Positions 1-12,790 are shown, counted from the stretch's first letter. The stretch is DNA of 64,000 bases from Octopus sinensis (GCF_006345805.1 NC_043005.1:102858001-102922000), one strand, 5' to 3'. Made by a program: numbers and translations. The notes: a model not told the origin generated them from the sequence alone.

Positions 1-46
<46 letters not shown>

Positions 47-769
47 TATATTCATGTATGTGTGTATGTATTTATGCATGCATAGAAATACATGAATATA
101 TATACATGCATACATACATACATAGATAAATACATACCATATGTACATACATGTGTTTAGTGTGTGCGCGCGCGTGCCCGTGAGTTTCTTCTTTTCCTGG
201 TTGCATGTACGCCATTTCCTTTCCCTTGTGGTTTTTGTGGAGTATTTTCATTGTGTGCAGCAATTTGCGGTATTGTTTATGGCGGTATTTAATCGAACTC
301 AACGGACTATATCTGAAAATAATGCTATCATTTATGATAAATTATTTTTCCGTCATCAGCTCTCTAGCATTTCACTGCATTATCCATTCACTTTAGTTTA
401 CTCGGAGAAGAATAATTATTAAATAATTCAGACGAGGATATAGGTAATATCTTATAAAGAAAAACGAAATATGTATAACAAAAAAAAAGTTAATAATAAT
501 AACAAAATATACCATTAACTTAAACCACATAGATGAAAGCAGAGCTTGCAAAATGCCAGTTTTTCATGGAAACTAAATAATTTTGGGCCTGAGACTAAAA
601 GCTAATATACGATTCTGAATCGATATAATTATGGGAGCTGAAGATAATCGGATAAGAAAGAGAATATGATTACACACACATACACACACACACACACACA
701 CCTAATATATATATATATATACATATATACATACACACATATATATATATATATATATCTATATGTATA

Positions 770-820
<51 letters not shown>

Positions 821-1380
821 TATTGTACATATATACACATACATAGCTAGTTTCATACAGAGATAAATATCGATATGAAGAATAATATGAATGCCAAGAA
901 ACAAATATTTGCTATTTCGATATTATTTGGCTGAGAGCAATTTCCATTAATACCAATACATCTGGGCATGGTCTTAAAAGCAGTTCGCTCGCCAAGATGT
1001 TATTTACCTGACATTGACTGCTACGAGGAATTTACCATTTTCCAACATCTCGTTTTATTATTTCATCTATATTCATAATAAAAGTCCCTCCATGCCTTGA
1101 CTTCGATACTTAAAGATACATTCTTCGTTTAGGCTCTCGTTGTTTATTCGATTCTTTTCGAATTTGTTTTCTTAGAGCAATTTCCTTGTTTCTTCTCCAA
1201 CTACTGAGGTAGCGAATTAGACGTCTCCAATTACCTCACAAGAACATATCAATATATGACATAATTACTTCATAAGGATATGCTGTATTCAAGGAATATT
1301 GTATAGAGGAGAAAATGGGGACGAGCTGGGAGCAAGGGAAACCAAAATTTACAAGAAGATATTTCTAGCAAATATACTGC

Positions 1381-1463
<83 letters not shown>

Positions 1464-1511
1464 CATATATCTATCTATCTATCTATCTATCCATATATCT
1501 ATCTATCATTA

Positions 1512-1568
<57 letters not shown>

Positions 1569-1570
1569 CT
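1381..1570. repeat. (ATCT)n microsatellite, 5' flank of the Tx1-like LINE
   Basis: Nearly pure ATCT repeats running up to the first unique base of the LINE (…ATCTATCTCT|CGACATGG). Confidence 0.95.
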
Positions 1571-1789
1571 CGACATGGACGGACGCTAGTCAAATGGGCT
1601 CCACGTAAGTTGGTCATTTTGTACGGTTGAAAATTGTTATTGTGAAATATTTTGTGTTTAAAAGTTGTGCAACAACATCCACTGCAAACCTTGATTAATA
1701 TCTACACAAAATTTTGCCCCTTGTGGGCAAAATTTAAAAGAAAAAATTCTCATAGCCTTCGTGGTTTCATTTAGCCATTTTATTTCCAA

Positions 1790-3892
1790 AATGGCCACTG
1801 GTCACCACGAGGCTGAGGTGCAAGTCAAGCGTGACGCAGAGGCAGAAAAACAGGATGCTCTGTTACCTTACGCTGAACCTGACAACTCCGCCACCATCAA
1901 CATCGACAACAGCAACAAATACAAAACAAAGGTCGCAAGGCCAAGCACCGTCAACACCATCAGTGAGTCCACCACCACCACCAACACCGACAACAACACC
2001 ATGGCAGAATCTGGTACTAAAACTGCTATCCCTACTAAAGACGTCGCCACCAATAACATACCAACATCACCGCCACCAAAGACCGTGCCGTCAATGCTAC
2101 TAATACTACTAACACCACCGCCGTCACCAAGAACGACAATAACAACAACAACAACAACAACGACGACGACGACGACAACAACATTCCCTTCAACCACTGC
2201 TCACTCCATCACCAACAAGTGAAAAAAATAACGACGACAAGCAAACGAAATGCCGAAATTTGCGCTAATGCAGGACTAAATTACGCAGGCAATTTTCCAC
2301 CCCTTGCTAGTTGCATAATCAGCAACCACAAACCTAGAACCCACACCCCTGCCATCAACACCAACACCACCGGCAGAGTAACAACAATAACAAAACAACA
2401 ACAAACTTCGCCGAGGCGATAAAAGAAAAGGTAACAAAAGTTTCGTTTACTACACAACAGATTAAAGATTGCAGAAACCTTATTACAAATCAAAACGGAA
2501 AAATACTCTTACACATACCTCAGCACATACTGAATGAGGAGAAAAAAAGACAATTGTATATAAAATCACAAATAAAAAAACAAAAAGTCCAGAAAAGGCA
2601 AGCACAGACAAAGTCGAAAAGTGCTTACGTCCCATCTGGGGATACAAGGATTGTGTGACTTGGGCGAACAAGTTCGCACACGTACAGGTGGTTTTTCAGA
2701 ATGAAGAGTTGGCGAAGAAATTCTCAACGATAACCCTTCATTCTGATGAACTAACGTTGACACCGAGTTACCTCGGCCAGAAGGTGACGAAGTCATTATC
2801 AGTGGTGTCCCCCAAGTGACTACAACACTGTGGATTACATCCGCCTTAACATCCGAAATGGAGGACATAAACTCCTAGATATCGGTGTTTCGGAAAACAA
2901 GGACTGGCTGGGAAAGAGAATAGAGTTCCTCTTCCACATAAGTCAAGAGGACATAAATAAAATCCCCCCCACGTACATCTTGAGGATGGCCGCAAGTTAT
3001 ACGTAGTAGTCGAGGGCAGAAGGCCACGATGCTATACATGTGGCAGTGAGGCACATCTCAAAAAGGAGTGCAAATCTGCCGCAAAATTCCAACAACAACA
3101 ACAGCCACAGGAAAAATCACAAAAGCCAGGATTATTGCCCACACCGCAATATGGACAGCTAGTCAAGAAGCTGTATGCGGAAATACAGGAAAAACAACAA
3201 AGAACAAGCCAACCCAACCAAACAACACCAACACCAGCGCCAAGAACAGAATCATCACCACCAACAACAATAAACCAATTCCAACACCAAGAATAACAAC
3301 GAAGAAGACAAGCACCAAGGATGTAGGAGAGACAATAACCACAACAACCCCCCAGCAACACCCTCCCCGCGCACCACAACAATATATACAACCGCACAAA
3401 CACACCCAGACGCTTTACCCTGGCCCCCTGCTGATTCGTCAGACTTTTCATCTAACGATGAAAGTTCGACAGAATGGCAAATAGCCACAGGGGGTAAAAG
3501 AAAAAGATCAAGAAAAACCAAACAAGAAATCGCAACCAAAGCAGGGAGATACCTGAACCCTGAAAACTCCATACACAACAAAACAAGCACCAACACCACA
3601 AAAACAATGCTATCAGCGATAGAGACACAAAAGACTCCAACTAATGGAGTACATCACAGGATACACAAACATTTGTGAAGATGACTTTAAAAATAGCAAT
3701 CATCCACGCACTACACCACCCAAACACTTCAAAATACTACACATCACACAAACACAACATCACAAACTCAAAGCCCTCTTCCCAAATGCTGTAGGGGGTT
3801 TCCAGAAATATCTGTCCCAAAAACTATATAGAAACCTCCTCGAAGACACATCAAAGAACGAGGAAGCCAAAACTTTCGACACAAGTAAGTAA
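1790..3892 (+). pseudogene. LINE ORF1 (gag-like nucleic-acid-binding protein), frameshifted as assembled
   Basis: ATG at 1790 is followed by a Thr/Pro-rich N-terminus. The zinc knuckle CYTCGSEAHLKKEC (CX2CX4HX4C) is read directly at 3030-3071. The C-terminal segment ORF 3644-3892 ends just before ORF2. Confidence 0.8.
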
Positions 3893-3939
3893 CTCTCTGT
3901 ACTTTCATTTGTGTGTTTTAAAGCACAACCCAATAGAAT

Positions 3940-6900
3940 CATGGTCAAGATTGGTTGTGTGAATGCGCGTGGCTTGGGGTCTCCTTGGAAACAAGGATAC
4001 CTCCTAAATGGCATCAAGTCACATGATTTGGGAATCATAGCCATAAGTGAGACCAGACTCCACGAGCCACGGGCCCTAAAGTCCATGTTTGGCGGACAGT
4101 TTAACATTTATTTCGCTCCCTGTCTGCCGAGGATGGGGTAGTGGCACACGCGGTACTTTTTCACAAGAGCCTGGATCTCGAAGTCAAGACGATATTCGTA
4201 GACCCGGAGGGTAGACTGATCGTTCTGGATGTTGACGGCAGCAATGGGTGCGCTTTTCGACTCGTATCAGTCTACGCACCGCCCTTAACAGGTCGGGCGG
4301 ATTTCTTTCGACGTCTAGAAGTATTCTGGGAACGTCTCGTCCTTTACTCTTAGTGGGGGGATTGGAATGCTACCTTGGACACGCATGTAGACTACGTGGG
4401 TAGAGACAGAAACAGAAGGGGATGCAAATGCCTCAGAGACCTGCTCAGACGATTCCAACTGTCTGACAGGTACCGACTAAACCACCCAAATGCACCAACG
4501 TGGACATGGAGCAACCGCAGTGGCTCGTCGAGATCGTATCTAGATAGGATACTGTGTAGGACAGTAGACAAGGATAACTTAGGATGTCCACAATTCCACA
4601 CAGTCAGCTACACGGATCACAAATTGGTGACGTGTACGCTAGACTTAGATAAGGCACATAGACAGGGTCCTGGGTACTGGAAACTGAACGCATCATTCCC
4701 GTCCAGACAAGTTTTCAGAGACCGGATTAGCACACTAGTAAAGAGGGCTTTGACGGGAGCCATCATCAACAACACATGGTGGTTTGCCCTCAAGAGAGCA
4801 GTAAAAGCAGAAGCGATTAGGTACAGCAAAGCACTAGCCATAGATAGAAATAGAGTAGAGGGTGAGCTAGTTAAGAAGCTAGAAGAGGCAATTAGAAGCG
4901 GCATCGCATCCGACGTTTTGGCGGCGAGGTTGGCCCTCGACCAACACTTCAACGCCAAACACGAAGGATGTGCTGTCAGAGCTAGGATGCGTGCTCTAAG
5001 GAACGAAGGTGTTGGAGCCGCGAGAGAGGCCCGGTGGCAGAGGCGCAACAGGGCAACAAAGCCACCATTCGGTCACTGGTAGATGAACAGGGGCGCGAAT
5101 TGCTCGAGCCAAGTAAAATGTGTGAGGCCTTTCAGCAGCATTTTGCCCGACTGTTCGGGACGAGTGGAGGGCAAGAACGTAGGGTAGATTTCAGTGCCTA
5201 CCTACATAGCCTTCCACGACTCTCGACAAGAAAGGCAGGGTGCTGCGAAGGTGCTATCACGGCGGCGGAAGTGCGGGAAGCGATGGCAGAATGCTCGAGG
5301 GACAAATCACCGGGTTTGGATGGTCTACCCTACGAATTTTACTATTGTATGCCAGACTTGTTTGGAGACGTCTTGGCAGCGGTATACTGCAACTGGCAGC
5401 AAAACGGGAGCATACCCGGTTTTGTGAGTCGAGGAGCTGTAACTCTGCTGAAGAAAGATCCAAACAAGGGAAAAATTATAGATAACTTTAGGCCAATCAC
5501 TCTGCTCAATGCAGACCTGAAAATTTTGACAAAGGTGTTAGCCAAGAGGTTGGCGCTTGTCATGGAGAAAAATGGTCGACAACGCACAAACGTGCGCCGT
5601 GCCGCGGCCGGAGCATCCATGACAACCTCCATCTGATGCGCTACATCATAGACAGGGTAGTTAACGAACCTGGCATGGGTGGGGCCCTGATCAACTTGGA
5701 TCAATCGAAAGCCTTGATAGGGTAGACCATCGATACTTGGAGGCAGTCCTGAGAGCTGCTGGTTTCGGGGCCGTCTTCCGCGGCTGGATAGCTGCCTTGT
5801 ACAGGGGCATCCGTTCGGTAATTCGCGTAAATGGACATCTATCGAGACCCTTCGACATTGCACGTTCGGTCCGTCAGGGATGCCTCCTCTCGGCGCTTCT
5901 ATACGTATTGACTCTTGAGCCACTACTGCGGAAGCTGGCGACTCTGAGGGCATCCCGCGAGAATTAGGATGCGGGACGAGCGTGTCTGCATACGCGGACG
6001 ACGTCACCGTCATAGTGTCAAGCCACGAGCACATCGAGCAGGTCGGCGAGACACTGAAAGACTACGAAGCGGTGACAGGAGCAAAAATCAACCGGAAAAG
6101 TCAGTGGGCTTGCGGCTCGGCACCTGGAGAAGCAAGCCCATGCCGTCCACCAGTACCTCCGTCGTGGGACGCTGGACAGACGGCCCGGTTGAGTTGCTCG
6201 GGGTCTGGTTCGGTCCGGACCTCCAAATGGAGAAGAACTGGAACGAGATAACGAGTAGGGTGGTCACTCTCGCCCAGCAATGGGCCGAGAGGAAACTGTC
6301 CCTAAAAGGTCGGGCGGAGGTGGTGAACGCGTACATCGCGTCCATCATCTACTACCGCCTGACGTCGTACCTTGTCCCGACCCTACCATCACAAAACTAG
6401 AACGCATCCTCTTCCGCTTCTTGTGGAAAGGATGCGTCCCGATGGTCAGGCGATCCATTTGCTGTCAACACCCGTTAAAAGGAGGGCTGGGCATGCCGTG
6501 GTTGATGATGCGCAGACACGCGCTGAGACTGCGACATCTCCGGCTCTATGTAGACGACGGTGAACAGGTGTGGTCGCCGTTTGTGAGGCACGCATTCCCG
6601 CAACTCGTCTCCATGACCGAACTACAGTCGTGGATCAAAAAGAGGCCGATGAAGGGCGAATGGCACCGCGAGTGTCGCGTTGCTCTCAAGCAACTCTGCC
6701 GTCCCGGGTCGACCCTGAGTGACTTCAACACAACCAAAGCATTCTATAGGGGATTAGTGGAGGGGAGGTACGACGACGAGCTCGGGGCAAACCTGGGCGT
6801 TGACGAGGAATACCTGACCCGCCTGTTTCAAACGACTTTCGGCCCGGGACCTATGGACAACTTCCAGAGATCCCTGGCCTGGCGGTGCTACCGAGAAGCG

Positions 6901-7365
6901 CTACCCGTTCGGGATAAGCTCTATAGGCATGGCTCGAGAAACACGGGGCCGACCTGCCCGAGATGCGGGCAGAGCGACGAAACCGCTCTGCACGCAATCG
7001 TGCAGTGTCCAGCAATTTCCCACCTGTGGGCTTATGTCGAACGACTGCTGTTACGTGTGGGACGTGTCGGTTTATCAGCCGAGTCTATCGTTAATATCGT
7101 CACGCCCCCTTCCTTCAAACGGGAAGGAAGAGCTATTTTTATCATACTTGTGGCTATGGCGAAAGAATGTATCTGGTGGACGCGTCTGAAAGGATTAGAG
7201 ACAAACACTTTCCTCTCTGGTCAATCTCTCATCAACTTCTTCAAGTATCACTTGAAGAAAAAAGTGAGAGTAGAGAGGCAAGTTTTGTCTAGTGAATGTT
7301 TTAAAAAAAGATGGGTGAATGTAGCAAGGATGGCACGTATGAATGACTTGACTATGATTCTATGA
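3940..7365 (+). pseudogene. LINE ORF2: APE endonuclease, reverse transcriptase and C-terminal zinc-binding motif, frameshifted as assembled
   Basis: APE motifs: MVKIGCVNARGL, AISETR, GDWNA (~4357), YLDRI, TDHK. RT motifs: SPGLDGLPYEFY, NFRPITLLNADLKIL, LDQSKA(F)DRVDH, VRQGC, YADD (5991-6002). C-terminal motif: CPRCGQSDETALHAIVQC. Stop at 7363-7365. Confidence 0.93.
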
Positions 7366-7802
7366 ACCATAAAAATTAATACAGAGAGTTGCTTATTTGC
7401 AAAAAAAAAAAAAAAAGAAATATAACATGTGACTTCATTGACCGAGGTTACCGTGGTCTTTTCCGTAGGCTTTTCTTTCCACGGGTAAACCTCACCTGTC
7501 CTCCCCTTTACACTTCATATTGACATTTCTGTGATAACGATCCCTATTGATCAATTTTTTTCCTCTCCCCCTTTTTTTTACCCCCCCCCTTTTTTTTTGT
7601 CCTCTTTCTCTCCTTTTACGATCCCTTTTGATCGACCCCCCTTTTTTATTTTATTTTTATTTTATTTTTTTATTTATTTATTTATTTATTTATTTTTTGT
7701 TTTTTTTTGTTTTTTTTTGTTTTTTTTAAACCTTCAAAAGAAAAGCTCTACCTTGTAATTTGTTCTATCTGTGTGCAGCCCTGTGTGGCTAATAAAGAAA
7801 CA

Positions 7803-7803
<1 letters not shown>

Positions 7804-7834
<31 letters not shown>

Positions 7835-7835
7835 C

Positions 7836-7898
<63 letters not shown>

Positions 7899-7915
7899 CA
7901 TCCATCCATCCATCC

Positions 7916-7973
<58 letters not shown>

Positions 7974-8098
7974 ATATATATATCTATCTATATATATATA
8001 TATCTATATATATATCTATATATATATATCTATCTATATATATATATCTATCTATATATATATATCTATATATATATCTATATATATATATATTATAT
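7804..8098. repeat. (ATCT)n grading into (TA)n, 3' flank of the LINE
   Basis: ATCT repeats begin immediately after …AATAAAGAAACAT, with ATCC variants and then TA. Confidence 0.95.
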
Positions 8099-8418
8099 AA
8101 AAGGGCTTAGTAAAATAAATTACTTTGCCGCATACTGAACTCATTAGAAATAGCAGCTAAAAACTTTTTTAAAGCTATTTCTAATACTTAAAGGAAATCT
8201 CTCTCATATATAGTGTTTGCTTAATTCAACTCACAAAAGTTTGGGGGTAAGGACATCGAAAAATCAAATGCTAAGGTTATTCGAGAACGTACGATATATA
8301 TATATATATCAATCTATCTGATTCAATGCCTCTTTGTCTGTATATTTATGTGGCAGTATATGTGCGCGTCTGTATATGTATACGTAAAAAGTGTGGAAGT
8401 ATGTAATATATATGTATG

Positions 8419-8513
<95 letters not shown>

Positions 8514-8537
8514 CATATATATTTATTTATATACATG

Positions 8538-8625
<88 letters not shown>

Positions 8626-8634
8626 TATATATAT

Positions 8635-8676
<42 letters not shown>

Positions 8677-8679
<3 letters not shown>

Positions 8680-8735
8680 AGTTAATCCAAACCTGAAAAC
8701 ACAAAGAGAAAACACAACAACGCGAGGACCTGGAA
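8677..8735 (-). mobile_element. Terminal fragment of a TA-microsatellite-associated repeat (probable PLE pLTR end)
   Basis: AAAGTTAATCCAAAC(C/A)TGAAAACACAAAGA abuts a (TA)n tract here and again at 15029-15059. Confidence 0.45.
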
Positions 8736-8795
8736 GAAGTATACATTTCTAACTATCTCAGAGAGATATATGCAGTAGTGGTAAGATAGAGTAGT

Positions 8796-9288
8796 TGTAT
8801 ACTGTCAGTTGAATGTGACAGTCCCATGAAGGGAATCACACGACTGCTATTTAGCCCTAGGAAGCATCAACGCTTCCTGTCGGCTTTAACACATTCCCTG
8901 CGTCCTTATGTTTACAAGGGGAGATAAGCACCTCCACCCAGCTAACTCTGCGACTGGAGACTAGTTTCAGAGTCTTTACTCGTCATCTGTCTGGTGTAGC
9001 ATGGCTTGCTAGTTGGAGATGCCTATCTAGCTATTTATTTTTCCGTTGCTTTCTATCTGCGTTTTCTATATGCTGCCTTCTCAGTTATTTTCACGTTTCT
9101 TCTAAAATCCACTTTCTTCATCTCATTACGATATGTGGTTTGCGCCTGAAGAATATGTGTGGGTTCTCTCACGCCACTAAAGCTATTAGTAGCGCTGTGA
9201 TATATGTATTGTGACCTTTAAATAAATAATAACTATCTCTCACCAGATGGAGTATTAGTTTGTTAATGTTCTATCACGGATCAGTACA
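8796..9288. mobile_element. Possible solo LTR or other ~490-bp interspersed repeat
   Basis: It starts TGTATACTG, ends GATCAGTACA (TG…CA with a short imperfect terminal inverted repeat) and has an internal AATAAA. No TSD was found. Confidence 0.3.
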
Positions 9289-9316
9289 TAATATATATAT
9301 GTAAAAAATGTCTATG

Positions 9317-9361
<45 letters not shown>

Positions 9362-10184
9362 TCTTCAGTCGTACTCTTCAAGCATTTTAGTGGCATTCAG
9401 TATTTAATTGTATCGTATGCAGTCAGGTTGACTTAATTTATATACTAGCATGATTGGGAAAATGCTCTTGTATACACCGTACGCTTTTAGATTTCAGAAA
9501 GGCCTATTGAACGGATATATATCATCACAAATACCAAAATTATAAAAATGAAGTCGGAAAATTATTAATTCAAAATAGCAGTAAGTAAAGCATTAAAAAA
9601 ATGAAAAAATAAAGAAATGGTAAAATAAGAATAAATACACAAAATGCAGAAACGCACAGGAATAGTAAATAGAATTCAGAAATGGTGTTAAAGTAGTGTA
9701 ATTTTCTTTAGAGTTACCATAGATTAATTCTCGATATCATCCAATCCCCAGCAATAAAACGAGTTTTAAGATACACCCCATTATGTTTATCGGTGATGAA
9801 TCATATAGTCAAATTTTTTATGTAAATACAAATTAAATATATAATCATTAAAATTTCGAAGCAGTCATTTGTTACGCAAATTTGGCCCCATACTATACTC
9901 ACAAGGGGAGAAGAGGAAGGATACAGTAACGGGAAGATTTTGTAGCCCGAAGGATCAAAGTTTGTGAGATATTAGAGAGCAGGGTGGGGCCAGCAGAACC
10001 AAATCTACTGAAAGAAGTGAAGACAAGTGGATACGATAATCTGAGTGTCACACACGAGCGGTTTCAAATTTCAGGCTACACTCATATACAAACAAGCACT
10101 GCACGCGCACACGTCTACACATATCCATACATATTCATACAAACACGCATACCAACAATAATATTCATACATACTTATATACGT

Positions 10185-10620
10185 AGGTGGTGAGTTGGCA
10201 GAAATGTCAGCACGCCGAGTGAAATGCGTAGCCGTATTTCGTCTGCAGTTTACGTTCTGAGTTCAAATTCCGCCGAGGTCGACCTTGCCTTTCATCCTTT
10301 CGGGGTCAATAAATTAAGTACCAGTTACGCACTGGCGTCTATATAATCGACTTAATCCCTTTGTCTGTCTCTGTTTGTCCCCTCTGTTCTTTGCCCCTTG
10401 TGAGCAATAAAGAAATAAGAAACGGTAGCACGAAGTGCGAAATGCTTAACGGTATTTCGTCTGCCGTTACGTTCTGAGTTCAAATTCCGCCGAGGTCGAC
10501 TTTGCCTTTCATCCTTTAGGGTCGATAAAATTAAATATCTGTTACGTACTGGGGTCGATCTAATCTACTTACCCCCTCCCACAAAATTTGGACTCTGTGC
10601 CTAGAATAGAAAAGAATATT
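10185..10620 (+). mobile_element. Head-to-tail dimer of tRNA-derived SINE family A (tail-1 unit followed by tail-2 unit)
   Basis: A-box-like TGGCAGAAA, B-box-like GAGTTCAAATTCC and the central GCCTTTCATCCTTTCGGGGTC(G/A)ATAAA domain each occur in both or one of the units. The junction is AAAGAAATA|AGAAACGG at 10417/10418. Confidence 0.85.
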
Positions 10621-11764
10621 CATACATATACGCTGAAACATCTAACCATATACAAATATATACAGCAGATATATGTACACATGCATAAACATATACACAC
10701 CTAGTCGAAGTCTAAACATGCAGACTACTACACACAGACGACCATATACATTTAACTCTTCTCAACATTTCCATATAAATGTTTATACAATTTTTACGCC
10801 CACATATAAACACAAGGAATAAAACGGATAAGGGGAACCAAACATTTAGAATAAGGTCACACACAACTATCTCAATATTGGGTGATAAATATAGATTTAC
10901 GCTGGCTGGTAATATGTACATATAATTTGCACAAATAGACAATGTTAGATGTATCTTGGATTATAAACACGTTGATATGGTTAGCCGAATCTAATAAGAT
11001 TTATAATAGAAGATACAGAAATACATGCGATTCACCTTTTACATTTGGTTTGCTGAGTATAATAAATGTAGTAATCGTAGTAGAAGTATTGAAATAATAG
11101 TAGAAGACCAATCAATAAACACTGTTGAAGTTTGTAGGAAGACTTCATGCCACCGATTTTTGTTCAAAGCTTTATTGTTGTATCATACAATTATCCTTGT
11201 AAATTTACATGTATGCTTATATATATATGGGTTGTTTTGTAGTGTATACAATTAGTATGCAACCCATAACTGGTGTCGATTATGTAACTGAATATGGATT
11301 ACGAAACGGCTGTGCACACATTGAATGAATATTTTCTTTTACTTCTCAATTCTGAATTATATTAATTATCATATACTCCACAGTTGTGATTCTTGAACAA
11401 TTAGAAGCCTACATAATAGTAACTCCACTGAAAGGTGCATTCTGTAGATTCTACTCGATAATCTGCCTGAGTCACTATTTTTATTTCCATACACACGCAA
11501 ACAAATATGCACAAAACATATATTTGTGTCTGCGTGTGTGTGTGTGTGTGCTTGTGTGTGTTTGTATGTATAAATCTAAGATGGAAGGATCGAGGTGTAG
11601 GAAGAAAGTTAGCTTCAAGGAATCCGTAAGAAAGATAAAAACCAACTTTCAGGAACAATAGTGGTTTATTGGGGATGAAAGTTGTGGATATTTTCGCATC
11701 GAATTACGTTAACCGGAAAAAAAATTATTTTATATTGCACGTTAGGCAGCCAGGTTTGCGGGGT

Positions 11765-11975
11765 ATACTCTTTTACCCTTTTAATTTTTTCAGTTATTTC
11801 ACTGTGGCCATGCTAGAGCACCGCCTTTATTCGAGCAAATCGAACTTAGGACTTATTCTTTATAAGCCTAGTACTTATTCTATCGATGTGTTTTGCCGAA
11901 CCGCAAAGTTACGGAGACGTAAACACACCAGTATCGGTTGTCAAGTGATATGGGGGGGGGGGTTCAGACACACAA
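11765..11975 (-). mobile_element. SINE-like interspersed repeat, family B
   Basis: The minus strand reads …CGATAGAATAAGTACTAGGCTTATAAAGAATAAGTCCT…GGCGGTGCTCTAGCATGGCCACAG…, partly resembling the family A central domain. A short plus-strand piece of the same motif lies at ~43818-43860. Confidence 0.55.
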
Positions 11976-12544
11976 ATATATACACACACCTACACACATA
12001 TATATACACACATATACGACAGTAAGAAGTGTAGATATTTTCATTTATTCTTGATGAAAGATACAATCAGGTAAACACGTCTTTATTGGACTCATAATTA
12101 CTTACCCGCATACCAAACATACACGTATACTAGGTGTCATTGGAGAGTTGGATGTGAAGCTGAGTGTTATTAATACAGTTAGGGTCTAAGTAAGGGTCAG
12201 GTAGAAGTGAACTTTAGCTGTCTTCTTTTTCGTATTGATCAAAAAGTAAGATTCAAGCATCCGACGAGATGTCTTGTGGTGGCCTTTTGCAAACGACTAC
12301 CTTTTTGATTCAAAGAAGAAAATTTAAATTAAACATGCCTGCTACTTGAAGCGTGGGACCTCGCATTTGTAAAATCTTCTTCAAAGATCGAGAAATGTGT
12401 GCAAACGAAAAGAATTGTCAGAAATGAACAATTGGTGTAAGATTTGTGGATACACACACAATAACATACATAATACATACACATGTATATATAAATATGT
12501 GTGTGTGTGTGTGTGGTGTATATATATGCATTTGCGAATGTAAC

Positions 12545-12790
<246 letters not shown>

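Larger units (their letters stand above)
1571..7802 (+). mobile_element. Apparently full-length non-LTR retrotransposon, L1/Tx1 clade (~6.2 kb)
   Basis: It has a 5'UTR, ORF1 with a CCHC knuckle, ORF2 with APE, RT and a C-terminal Cys motif, and a 3'UTR ending AATAAAGAAA. (ATCT)n flanks both sides in the same orientation. Confidence 0.92.

Noticed and set aside
5342-6034. 230-aa antisense ORF inside the LINE RT (also 1868-2197, 3760-4107, 4617-5048)
   Set aside because: These are shadow frames of GC-richer or low-complexity coding sequence, with no recognisable motif.
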